A stretch of DNA of 49,947 bases, counting the filler, from Jimgerdemannia flammicorona (Eukaryota): the NCBI GenBank assembly GCA_003990765.1. It is 2 parts of 2 records of this genome, joined end to end, with 100 filler letters (N's around TTAATTAATTAA, not from the genome) between each part and the next. Parts side by side here need not be neighbours in the genome. Positions count along the whole stretch, not along the records: positions 1 to 24,925 come from RBNJ01000906.1; 1 more part is not named here. One strand, 5' to 3'. This document shows positions 12,131 to 24,273 of the stretch, in pieces (position 1 is the stretch's first letter; every line of letters starts with the position of its first letter). The position numbers were made by a program, and so were the translations under genes. The notes under the pieces are model-generated. The model did not search any database. It was not told the origin of the DNA and saw only the letters and a program-made list of their open reading frames with translations.

Positions 12131-15100
12131 ATGAACAGTACAACCAAAATTTTCTCTTTAAACATGAATGGGTTACGGGGTGCTTCTCGATGTAGGAACA
12201 TTTTTACTTGGTTGAAGGGATTGGAGGCTGATCTCTTCCTCTTGCAGGATGTCTGGTGCGAAGATGACTCTGATAGGTTGGAATGGACAAAGGAATGGGG
12301 AGGTGTGGCGATTTGGAAGGGCAAGGTTGGAATTTTGGTTAGGAAAGACAGGGGGGAGATACAGAATGTGTGGTGCTGGGGGGAGAGACTGGTCTGGGGA
12401 GAGTGGATTTGGGCAGGCTGGGAGCCAGTTATGGTTGGCTCCTGCTACTGCCCTGCAGTACAGGGTGAGAGGGTAGATTGGGTAAAAGGCTTACAGGAGA
12501 GTGGATTACTTGTGGAGGCTGGGGTGGATGTACTCGGGGGAGATTTCAATATGGTTAGAGATATACTGCTGGATAGGACAGATGGAGGACGAGGTGCTGA
12601 GAAAGGCTAAGTGCACTATTGGATGCTGGAAGGGAGTGTTGGGGGAGTAGAAGGGCCTATACACATTGGGCAGGGGGTCTGGGGACTAGAATTGACTGGA
12701 TATTGACAGCCTGCTGCTGGGGACTGGATGTTTGGAAATCATTGGAGGTGGAATGGTGTCCATGGTCAGATCACTGGGGGCTTTTGGGACAGGGGTACTT
12801 TGGGGGAAGTGGGGATGGGCCTGGACATTGGTGCCTCAATTCCTCTTTGTTAGATGACAAGACCCAGTGGGATGAGTGGGCTAAAGAGATTCAACTGAGG
12901 GTGGAGAACTGGAGGCAGGAAGGGGCCGCAGTTGGGACTCGGTGGATGAGGATGAAGGAAATGGCCAGGATTTACTGGAAGGAGGCTGGCAAGGAGGCAG
13001 GGAAGCAGTGGAAACAAAGAGTGCGCTGGGCCTCTGCTAGATTGATGAGGCTCCTGGAGGAGTGGGCAAGGCTGATGATGTTGGAGGGAGAAGGAGATTG
13101 GAGATTAATGAGGGCGAAAATGGAGGTTGGGGAACTTCAACAGGTGCTGCGGGAGGAGGAAGAGTCAAGGGTACAGGGCTTGGCAGCATGTCTTCGCTGG
13201 CAGGATCTGGAGGAAGGAGAGAGGCCTTCCAAGCTTCTTACAAGGGCCCTTAGAGCAAGGCAGGTTCAGCAATGGTAGGAAGGGGTATTGGACTCTGATG
13301 GTATACTGGTGCATGGTGTACAGGATATTCTTGGATCACTGAAGGAGAGATGGAGTGGATTGTGGAGTGAGGAGGAGGGTGGGGCAGATTCTGCTACAAT
13401 TGAATGAATATTGAAGGATTGGCACCCACCACAAGTTGAAGGGCTAGGGGACCTGATGATGCCAGTACAGGAGGATGAGATCCACTAGGTTCTTGCTGTG
13501 ACAATGTCTGGTACAGCACCTGGGGAGGATGGTCTGCCCTGGGATTTTTGGAAGCAAATGGTTGAAGTCCCAGAGGTGATGGGAGAGATGACAGCATTGT
13601 GTGACCTTATTCTACAGACAGGAAGGTGGGTGGGGGAGCAGGACCTTGGGCTGGTGACACTGCTCTACAAAAACAAAGGAAGGCAGGAGGATTGGAAGAA
13701 CTGGTAGCCGATAATGCTGCTAGATATGGACAGAAAGTTGATAATTAAGGTGGTGGTGGCGAGACTACAGAAGGTGGCCCAGCAAGTTGTGGGTGCTGAG
13801 TAGAGGGGATTTGTGGGTGGTTGGCTCATCAGAGATGGCACTGCCTGGGTGCATGGCATTATCGAAGGGGTGAGGGCCTGTGGACTGGATGGGCATCTAG
13901 TTTTCTTAGACCAGAAGAAGGCATATAACTGGGTGCAAAGAGTCTGGCTGGAGAAAGTTTTGGATAGAATGGGGGTACTGCATCAATTCTAGTCAGCAAT
14001 GGTCAGCCTACTAGAAGGGAGTAGGGCTGCACTCATGTGTAATGGACATAGAGGGGTAGTATTCCCCTTGGGAAGGGGGGTGCCCCAGGGGGATCCATTG
14101 TCCCCCATTTTGTATGCTCTTTCCCTGGAACCACTTATGTACCGAATTAGGCGGAGGATAGTGGGGATCTCTGTCTTTGGCATAGGATGGAAGGTTGGGG
14201 CCTTTGCTGACAACATGGTGGTGGGTTTGGATTTGATTGCTGATGTTGAGGAGCTCAAGAGGACTGTGGAGTGATATGAGAAGCATTCTGGAGCTAAGCT
14301 GAATTGGCATAAGTGTGAGATGATGGTGCTCGGTAACAGCCTGGTGGGAGGGGAAGTTATAGGAACAATTGTCCCCACTGGCAAAGTAGTGCAGTACTTA
14401 GGTATCTACTTGTCAGTCTATGGGTCAGTTCTGCCCAAGCTTTGGTGGGAGCAGAGGATTGGAATCTGGGAGGAGGCTCTGCGGAGTTGGGGGGGAAGAC
14501 ATTTTTCTCTGACAGGGCGGGTCTCAATTTTAAATGTCTACTGGCTGCCAAAGTTGTGGTACCTGGTGTATCATCTGGACTTCCCAGCCTGAGTAGTGAA
14601 GAGATTGATGAAGTCAGCGAAGGGATAGATTTGGGCTGGCAGGTAGAGTCAAATTAGTTGGGAGACCTTGTCCCTACCAGTGGCAAGAGGTGGTCTTGGG
14701 CTGGTGGACTTCCCAAAATGGTTACACTGCTTGAGAGCATGGTGGCTGAAGAGGGCGGTGGAGTTGAGAGAAGGTGGATGGGTTCCTCTGTTACAGAAGT
14801 TATAGGAGAGGTGGACATCGCCGAGGGGCTCAACTAGTGATCTCCTCTCCTTGGTTGGGCTTCAGAACACTGCCCAACTATGATATAAAGGATTTTGGTG
14901 GGAAATTGCAGAAGGAGTACACCGCATTGGTATCCGTTGGCAGGGGAATGAAGGTGAGGAGGATTGGGACCTGGTGATGTGGAGATGGGATCATATACTG
15001 CTGGGTGGTACTCCTTTAGCTGAGTTCGACATTGGTGATGGAATGGAATGTCAAAGGGGACCAGGCCAGGATCTGTGGCCTAGCGGTTGGCAAGGAGTTG

Positions 15101-15750
15101 GAATTGGCGAAGAGTGGAACTGGCATGGTGTTTGGACCTGGAGTACTGCAGTGAGAGCATGGCTGCCACCAAAGTACTGGGTGGTCTGGTGGCGCATGCT
15201 GTGGAGGAATGTTATGCTCAATTTTCGCTCAGGGCACCTTGTTGTAGGGGGTTGCTTCGACTGTGAGGAGTGCCATAATGTAGGGCAGGAGGGGGGTTAC
15301 GTATAGACACCAGAATATTGGCTAGGAGAGTGTGAGATGTTGGGGGATTTTTGGCAGACAATTGGGGATTGCTTAGGGGTATGGGGTAGGAGTGATGAAG
15401 TATGGGGGCAATGGGAGGACTTGAGGGATAGATTGGTAGGAGGGATAGAGAAGGAGTGGATTACTTTAGATTGGGCTTTGGTAATTTGGGTAGGGCTGGC
15501 CAGTCATTGGCTATTTGTTTTTGAGGATGGGAGGAGACAGAGCTTGGGGGACTGGCTGCTGCGATGGCATAGGCTTATGGAAGACACCTTAACAGGCTGG
15601 TGGCTGGGTTGGGGGATGCAGGGTGGTTGGAGGCACTGCTTGGTGGAGAAAATCTGTGGGCAAAGTGGGGGGAGAGTGGGGGTAGTTAGTGAAAGAGTGA
15701 TTTTCATTTGTGAGGAAGTAGGGAGGAGCCCCCCTGTGGGGATTGGATAG
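12131..15750 (+). pseudogene. LINE copy 2 ORF2 (APE-RT-CCHC)
   Basis: MNSTT start, GGDFN, SDH, QGDPLSP, FADN (decayed FADD) and CEEC; many stops and a deletion near 12605. Confidence 0.92.
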
Positions 15751-15808
15751 TGGGTCGGAATGATGTATATTTATTCATAGACTGGTAATAAAGACAGAGT
15801 CCAAGTGA

Positions 15809-15845
<37 letters not shown>

Positions 15846-15849
<4 letters not shown>

Positions 15850-18557
15850 TCACTGAGTTACAAAAATGTTGAGGGATGAGGAGGAGATGCAGGTATAGAG
15901 TTCAGCTGCATGGTTATGCTGGCAGGGGCTGGAGAAAAGAGAGAGGTCCTCTATATATCTCTCAAGGATCCTTCAGGTGAGAAGAGTAAGGCAGAGGTGG
16001 AAGGGGGTACTAGATTCTGATGATTAGCTGGTATATGATTCACAAGATATTTTAGGTTTACTGAAGAAGAGGTAGAGTGGTTTGTAGAGTAAGGAGGAGG
16101 GTGGAGCCAATGCAGATACAATTGAATATACTTTGAAAGATTGGTACCTATAATAGATAGATGGGCTTGGTAGCTTAGTAATAGGAGGAGAAGATTTGCC
16201 AGGTTCTTACTGTGACTATGCTAGATATGGTATCAGAAAAGGATGGTCTGCTCTGGGACTTCTGGAAGAAGATGGTGTGAGTCCTTGGAGTGCTCAGAGA
16301 GATGATGGCAATTTGTAACTTAGTATTATAGTCAGAGAAGTGGGTGGGAGAGCAGAATATGAGGCTGATGGCACTGCTGTATAAAGACAAGAGCAGGAGA
16401 GAGGACAGGAAGAACTGGTGACCTATCATGCTCCTGGACATGGACAGGAAGCTGGTCACTAAAGTGGTGGTATCAAGACTGCAGAAGGTGGTCCAGCAAG
16501 TCTTAGTGAGGAGCAATATGGTTTTGTAGGAGGCTAACTCATGGGATAGTATAGCTTAGGTCTATAGTATCATTGAAGAAACTCAAATCTGCAGACTGGA
16601 TGGGAGATTGGTCTTCTTGAATCAGAAGAAGATATATAATCATATTCGGTAAGTCTGGTTAGTGAAGGTACTAGATAGGATTGGTATCCTATAGCAGTTC
16701 TGAGTAGTAATGATCAGTCTACTGAAAGAGAGTAGAGTGGTGCTCATGTATAATGGCCATCAGGAGATAGCCTTTCTGCTAAGTAGAGACATCTCTCAGG
16801 AGGACCTGCTGTTACCTATTTTGTATACTCTATCTCTAGAGCTATTGATGGATAGAATTCGATAAAAGGTGGTTGAGCTCTCAATATTGAGAATTGTGTG
16901 GATAGTTAGGGCCTTTGCTGATAACATAATGATTGGCCTGAGATTGTTCACAAATATCAAGAAACTCCAGGAAACAGTAAAGTGGTATGAGGCACACTCT
17001 GGGGCTAAACTCAACTAGTATAAGTATGAAATAATGGTGTTAGGCAATAGCCTGATGAGAGGGGATATCATTGGAACAATTGTCCTACTAGAGATGCTAC
17101 ATAGTCCTTAGGTATCTATCTTTCAGTATATGTATCAGTCCTATTAAGACTTTGGTAGAAGTGGTAGGTAGCTATTTGGAGAAAGGTCTTGTAGAGTTGA
17201 AGAGGCCACCACATCTCTTTGGCAGATCATGTTTCAATCTTGAATGTCTATTGGCTGCTGAAGCTGTAGTATTTAGCTTATTATCAGGACTTTCCAGCCT
17301 GGGTGGTGAGGAGGTTATTGAAGCTAGCCAAAGGTTGGATCTGAGCTGAGAGGAGAAGTCAGATTAGCAGGAAAATCTTGGTATTACCAGTGGATAAAGG
17401 AGACCTTAGACTGGCTGACTTTCTGATGAGACTGCACTATCTAAGAGCTTAGTAGTTAAAGAGAGCTGTAGAACTGAGAGATGGTAACTGGATCTCTCTG
17501 ATAAAAAAGGTCTGAGAGTTGAGGTTTTCACCAAGAGGCTCTATAGGAGATCTGTTGTCCTTGGTTAGACTTCAGCATAGTGGGTGCATACAGTATAGGG
17601 GCTTTTGATAGTGAGTAGTTGATGGGGTACAATGCATTGATATTTGATGGCAGAGAGTAGAAAGAGAGATACTGTGGAGTCCAGCAATATAGAGATGAGA
17701 TAGAGTATTGCTGGAGAGTACTCCTCTACTAGACTTTATTATTGGTAATGGGGTTGAGTACCAGAGAGGGTTGGGAAAGGATGTATGGCCTGGTGGATGG
17801 TAGATGATAGGTTTTGAAGAGAAGTAGGACTAAAATAGAGTCTGGGTCTAGAGTGCAGAGATCCAGCAATAGCTACCACCTAAGTACTAGATGGTTTGGT
17901 GGTATACCAAGGGGAATTATCATACTCAACTTTTGTTCAGGCCACCTTATGGAGAGGGAAAGCTTTGATTGTGAGGAGTGCTTCAATATAGGACAGGAAG
18001 TGGGATTTGTACAGATGCCAGAATATTGGCTAGAAGAGTGTAAGGTATTTGGTGACTTTTGAGTAATAAGTGGGAATAGATTGGATATTGTATAGAGAGG
18101 GAATGGTGAGAGAGATCATTGAGAGGATTTGAGAGATAGGTTGGTGGAGTGGATTGGTAATAAGCAGCTCACAGTTGGTTGAGTCATACATAGCTATATA
18201 GGTAGGGTTGGCTGAACATCAGTTGTTTGTATTTGAGAAAGAGATAGAATTGGGCTTGAGGGTGTAGCTGGCAAAGTGGAAAGGGTTGATGGCTGATGTC
18301 TTGACTAGTTGGTGGTGGAGTTGGGGTCTGCAGAATGGATGTCAGTAGTATTTAGTAGAGAAAATTTGTAGGCAAAGTGGGAGAAGAGTTGGTATAGTAG
18401 ATGGTAAGATAACCTTTATATATAAGAGTATGGAGGGGGTCCCCCTAGGGGGATTGGATAGTGAGATGGAGTACTATACTTATATTTATTAGAATAGTAA
18501 TAAATGGTGAAATACAAGAGACTATAAAAAAATAATAATAATAATAATAATAATAAT
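15846..18557 (+). mobile_element. LINE copy 3: heavily decayed 3' two-thirds of ORF2 with an A/(AAT)n tail
   Basis: Starts mid-ORF2 (EVTELQKMLRDEEE) right after the copy 2 tail. RT and CEEC remnants are visible; the tail spans 18526-18557. Confidence 0.9.
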
Positions 18558-18916
18558 ATCATTTATGCTCAAGAAAAGAAAAATGTGGGGATACATCTCT
18601 ATAGAAATATTATCAAGTCTGCTGCCACTCTTGGGGATATATTGTATACTCCAGAGATAGAAAAGAACCTCTTTTCCATGAGAAAAGTAATGTCCTGCAG
18701 CAATAAAGAAATATATATACATGTAAAAAGCACAACCATATACAATTCACACAATAATGAGCTCATAATAGCTTCAAAACATAGAAATCTTTATATGATC
18801 AATGGCACACCAAACAGTATAAAAGCCTCAGCTTATATAACAACTATAACTGATGCATCTAATATGTGGTATCAATACATAGGACATATTGATAAGATGA
18901 GCCTCAAATATATAAT

Positions 18917-19563
18917 TAATACTCCCAAATAAATAAAATCAATTTGAATTGAATTGAATTGAGGGTCATTTGAATCAAATTAAATTCAAATCAAATTGAA
19001 TTGAGGGTCTGATTCAAACCTTATTTTTTAAAATATAATAACTCAATAGTGCCACATTAAGTCTCCATCTGCTTCCACCACTACTGGCTGCCTGGAATCT
19101 CCCACATACCTCCACACCCCAGTGATCTGACCAGAGACACCACCGTACCTCTGATAAATCTAAAATATTACCCCAGTGTTCTGCTACTAGGATCCAGTCA
19201 ATCCTCGTCCCAACCAAATTCTCACCGATTGGATGCCAAATGAAAACAGGTCTAAATTTAACAATTATTAGCTTATTAGATTCCCCTTATATAAGGAAAT
19301 CTAACAAGCTCAAGATCATTAAATATGGATATATTTTTGTTGAGTTATTACATTTTGAAAAATTGGGTTTAAATTGAATTTCAAATTGATTTGGATCTTT
19401 GATTTGATTCAAATTGAATTAAATGAGACCTTTGATTTGATTTGAATCAAATCAAATTGGACCTTTGATTTAATTTGAATTGAATTGAATTGGATTTTTG
19501 ATTTGATTGAATTGAATTAAATTTGGGTCAAATTTAATTCAATTCAATTCATAAAGAGTACTA
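18917..19563. mobile_element. hAT-type non-autonomous element (647 bp) with decayed 8-bp TSD
   Basis: Termini TAATACTC...GAGTACTA. Flanks TATATAAT (18909-18916) and CATATGAT (19564-19571) differ by two transitions. GAATT/ATTTG subterminal repeats. Removing it restores the Copia frame. Confidence 0.85.
19045..19217 (-). pseudogene. Internal fragment of a divergent LINE APE endonuclease inside the MITE
   Basis: GTRIDWIL...WCLWSDHWG...WRLNVALL. Confidence 0.85.
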
Positions 19564-20128
19564 CATATGATAAGAAGTAGCTTGGTGAAAGAATTGCTAG
19601 CATATATATATCTGAAGAATAGCTTTTATAAGGTATGTATAGAAAACAAAGCTTTCTAGTAACCATTCTAAAAATAATTAAAGTATACCTTTGGGATCCT
19701 TAATCTAGTCCATACAGATATATCTGGTCTGATACATACTCTGTCACATTCCAGCAAGCGATATTTTCTAATATTTATCAATAATTATATATACAAGGTG
19801 TATGTATATTTTCTATCAGCAAAGAGCAAATGTAAGTGTATAATCTCTAAGCCACTGAAATCACACATCACATTCCAAACAAGCCACTGAAATGATATGT
19901 GAGCTCTGAATTAATCTGGAAATTATCTGCAAGATCATGAAGCTGAGTCAACCTGAAGTTACAGTATACAAAGCTGAGTCAACTTGAAGTCACAGAACAT
20001 AAGAATTACACAAATAAAATCTTATCAATCAGAACCAAATACATGTATACTGAGTACTGAGATACATCAAAACAGAGAACTACAACAAACTAAACAAACA
20101 ACCCCAACTTCTGAATACATATACAAAC

Positions 20129-21400
20129 ATGACTACTGAAATCTACAACTACATCCAAACTGATATTTGGAATGCCATTATCAACTGAGCCACACCCCCT
20201 CTGCCCCTCATGAATATCTATAGCTTAGCACCTCTCTACTTTGTAAAAGCCCAATGGAATGCCCTGAACATACTTAGCAAGGTCTATGAAATCAGACAAA
20301 TCTCAAGCTACTATTTGATCAGCTGCCTCCTAGAAGACATGGTTGAGCACCACCATGATAAAGATATTACCCAGATGTCTCAATACCAGAAACTCATTGC
20401 TTGCAAATACTGAGAACTCTTTTATAAGTATAGTACCTTTATTCCCTGCCTCTAAGTTACTACCAGTAAAATGATTGCCACTCTATCCTATAGCCAAATC
20501 AATAATATAATATAAGAACTCAATCACAAATATATTGAGTATGTTCAGACCATAGACAGAACCTTCCTATACCCTGATGACTATATTCTGCAGATATACT
20601 AAGTCAGATATGCTATGAAAGACATCTACAATATAATTCAATTTGATATAGATGATGTAGAAGATAATGATCCCTCTGATGTCAACATGACCCCAAGCCA
20701 TGGATTACTGCCAACCCTGATCACCCTGCCAATACTACCAATGAACTTACAACAGTTCATAACCACCTATGAGACTTATTGAGATAATGATCACTGGTAT
20801 GAATATCAACCCACATTTATTCCTAATTACTTCAACTATAATAAAGAAACCAGAGAATACAATCTCTATCTCCAAACAACTCTTGAGATAGAACCAACAA
20901 CTTCACTACTAGAGTACAAGTAATATGAAGCATAACTACCAGTATACTACAACCTTGTAACTTATAGTGCTACAACTTATAGAAGATATGCAGACAGCAA
21001 ATCAGATGAAGGTGAAGATAATATACTCTTCTTTTGTCCACCAACACCTTATCCAGCATACAAGACAGATGATGCTATTTTGTGGAACAGAGATAAAATC
21101 TCCATATATTACTATCTCAGTGAACAGGGAGAAGTAATCTACAAATAACTCTTTCTAGACAACTACTTTATCAGAGATAATTTCATCAAAAACTACCCAG
21201 ATAGCATCTGAATCTATAGATAGCCTAGCAGTCATATTATTGTTAGATTGGTCTTATATGATATAACTGTAAACAGACTCAGCAGGCAGACAATCTCTTG
21301 ATATATCAGATCACACTTATACTATATGACTGTATTTCAACTCAGCAAGGCACTAAGAGCTACATCTATATCTAGCCTAGTTCAGATAGCCTCCCACTAG
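20129..21400 (+). pseudogene. Decayed ORF of unknown function (~423 codons) inside the Gypsy B LTR (U3)
   Basis: One frame from ATG 20129 to TAG 21398-21400, read without invoking a frameshift. It has 12 internal stops, comparable to the decay of the element's own gag. Confidence 0.6.
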
Positions 21401-21408
21401 TATAAATA
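21401..21408 (+). promoter_or_regulatory. LTR TATA box of Gypsy B
   Basis: TATAAATACCCCCT matches the context TATAAATATCCCCT in the family A LTRs (minus strand). Confidence 0.6.
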
Positions 21409-21886
21409 CCCCCTCTCCCAGACCTCAGAAACTCAGACTCAAATATACAAGAATATTCTGAACACTTCTCTACAGTATCCCTTCACAACTACTGCTAGTA
21501 TAGCAATATTATGAATAGCAAATAAACCTATTTAATAATCCACAAACCACTCTTAAGTAATTCCACCCCACATTAGATCCCACTCCTAACCTCATTACAA
21601 AATCTCCTAATTGGGTATTGTCTGCATGATATGCCAATTCAACTAAACTGGTCTTAGTTTCTTAAACTTCCTGAAATATGGAAAATCCTGAACATCCAGA
21701 ACTAGTCCAAAAAAGGACTTTGATTGAGATGTCAACCTGATCTTGAAATTGATAAGTGTGGAGAATATACTCTATATGAAATTAATCTTGACCTTAATAA
21801 AATGGTCTTCCAGAATATCCAGAACTTCTAGAAAACTCTTCCAGAACTACATAGTGGTTACTCTAACAAGTAACCCTCTTACAACT

Positions 21887-21896
21887 TGGTAGCAGT
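21887..21896 (+). promoter_or_regulatory. Primer-binding site of Gypsy B (TGGTAGCAGT)
   Basis: Follows ...CTTACA-ACT and shares its core with the family A PBS. Confidence 0.75.
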
Positions 21897-23867
21897 AATT
21901 TACAATCCAATTCTGCTTTAAGACACTTTCTCATCCCACTATAAATCCCTCTGAAAATTCCTATAAGTTGGTATAAAGCCCAATCTCTGAACTGAAAATT
22001 ATCCTGAACTATCTGACAATTTGGAGAGAATTGAACCTGAAGTATAAGGACAATTGGACTTCCACACCTGCAACAAGTGGGACAAACTTTATTCAAAGAA
22101 AGAAGTACTCCAAATAAATCAGCAGATAGGCAAAACCCTATTCACTGAACTCCTTGCACTATACTCAGTAAGTTAAGATAAAGAAGGTCTTATAGAAGCC
22201 CTCTTTACTCTTCTCAACAAGGGTTTTGTCAGCTCTACAAATCCAAGTAATCTAGGACAACCAGTAGTAGTCTTTCTAGTCTTAGTTTCTCATGAAGCCT
22301 AAGCCTCTATAGCCAAGTGGCTCAACTCTACCAACTTTCACTATACTAGAACCAAGACTGCATTATACTACTGATTCCAGAACAGCAAGGCCTGCTATAT
22401 TTTTAAGGAAGAAGCAGGCCCTGCTACAGCTCTATCTGACCATGAAACTAATACTGAACCAGAACTTGACTTGGAATTAAGTCCATCTGAAATTATATAT
22501 ACAACTGATTCTGTCTATTTTGATACTGAGCAAACCCAACTACATAGAGACCAAACCAAAGAGGAGGAGGAGTATCTTAGTGAATTTGATCCCAAATATA
22601 CCACTAAAGGAGATGCATATCCATTAGGATAGAATACAACTATATAGCAACAGACAGCTATCTATCGAGCCCTTACTCCAGGCCCACAACTACTACTCCA
22701 GAAACTTATATAGACTCAAGGAACACCATTATATTCTGCACCAGTACCTCATATAGTACCAGGAACACCTCTACTAGTAGTCCAACTGCCTCCAATAGAC
22801 AATATAGCAAACTAACAGATTCTAGACCTCACAGAACAGATAGCCATAATGATAGCAACCATTACTTCCTTAGCTGAACAGACCTGACCAACCAAAAATC
22901 TGAGCCTACTTACCTTCAATAGTACTGCACAAGAAGTTCAAAGCTTCATTAGTATAGTTGATACTAACTTCAAAGCCAATCAATGGACCAATGAGTGAGT
23001 TGCTGACTGCCTTCTAATAAACAATTAAGACCAACTCTAGAACAACTCTTTGCTACTACTATGGCCTATGTCTGTTGAGTTGATATATTCTTCAAAGGAC
23101 CCACTGAAGAATAGTGATGAACTCTTCTAGAAAAACCGCTCACATGGTACACCAGATCTGTAGTAATTACTCAGAATATAGCAAACAATGCCCTAGGATA
23201 TAGAGCCCATCCTGTAGCCACTGGACTCAAACAACTCATGATTGCTCAATACTGCAATAAAACCATGATTGCTGAATCTTGAGTCAAACTTTGTAATCTT
23301 AAATTTGATATATATGGCAAGGAGGAATTCAAAACCTTTTGTACCAAACTTGAGTCACTTCTGAACACTATTGGCCTAGGATATATTGCCAATGATGAAG
23401 TAAAAAATAGTATAAGAGGGGACTACCTATTTAATATATTATCCAAATGGCTTACAAGAAAAATTCAAGAACAAAGATGCCCAGTTGGTTGTAACTACTA
23501 ACAATGGTGCCTGGCAAGAATCAAGACTATAGTTAAGTGAATTCTAACAGCTGGACCAATTCTGCCATGAAGACAATTCAACAACAAGAAAAAGACTTAG
23601 ATCAAGAAAGATAAACCCAATTATGAAGCATCTCGAGCTCTCTCTACATCTACCTTATGGATACCTAGAAATCCTGAATCTACCCAGCCAAGTACCTTCA
23701 AGAATCTTACTGAAGGAGAAAGAAATGAACTTTGAAGAAGTGGAGCATACTTCTATTGCTAAAAGACAGGACACATAGCCAGTGCCTGCCCTAACTGAAA
23801 ACCCCAAACAGTAATATAAGCAAATATTACCACTCTGCACCACCTCAACAATCTGACCACTAAGATA

Positions 23868-24273
23868 TTGGACTTTGTTAAGATAAGACAAACTGCCAAG
23901 GTCCAAACCAAAGGCAGTCAAAAGGCAGCTGGATATGACCTATATGTAGCCAAAGAAGCTACAGTCTCCAACTGAGAAGTCAAGCAAGTCTACATAGGAA
24001 TCAGCATCCAAATCCCAGAAGGATATATTGGATGAATATACTGCTACAGTAGCCTAGCACTGAAAAGACTCTCAGTAGAAGGAGGAGTCATTGACAAAGA
24101 TTATACAGGCGAAATTACTGTCCTCATCCGGAATTATAGTTGGATATCCTTTAAGATCCCCATTGGTTTCTGTATCATATAGATCCTATTCAAGAAAATC
24201 AAATCAACTCTGACAATCAAGAAAGTCCCTGAACTACTACTCACCATCCAAGGATCCAAAGGATTTAGCTTAT
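23868..24273 (+). pseudogene. dut: dUTPase domain of Gypsy B
   Basis: Motifs AAGYDL, G*IYCYSSLA, GGVIDKDYTGEI and QGSKGF, in frame with the zinc knuckle. Confidence 0.88.

Larger units (their letters stand above)
10021..15845 (+). mobile_element. L1/Tx1-like LINE copy 2, full length with A36 tail
   Basis: 5' motif CATTCAGGTTACACA, ORF1, ORF2, AATAAA and poly-A at 15810-15845. Confidence 0.95.
18558..19830 (+). mobile_element. Ty1/Copia pol remnant (protease region, GAG-pre-integrase, start of integrase core), interrupted
   Basis: LGDILYTPEIEKNLFS; WYQYIGHIDKMSLK|HMIRSSLVKEL across the MITE; KVCIENK; LNLVHTDISG..KRYFLIFINNY..YVYFL. Integrase follows protease, the Copia domain order. Confidence 0.85.
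19831..21883 (+). repeat. Putative 2,053-bp 5' LTR of Gypsy family B
   Basis: Begins TGTAAG exactly where Copia homology stops and ends CTTACA 3 nt before the PBS TGGTAGCAG. Contains TATAAATA (21401), AATAAA (21521) and short direct repeats near its start. The partner LTR is not in the window. Confidence 0.7.

Noticed and set aside
18526..18557. (AAT)n microsatellite as an independent repeat
   Set aside because: It directly follows the 3' UTR of LINE copy 3 and is its tail.
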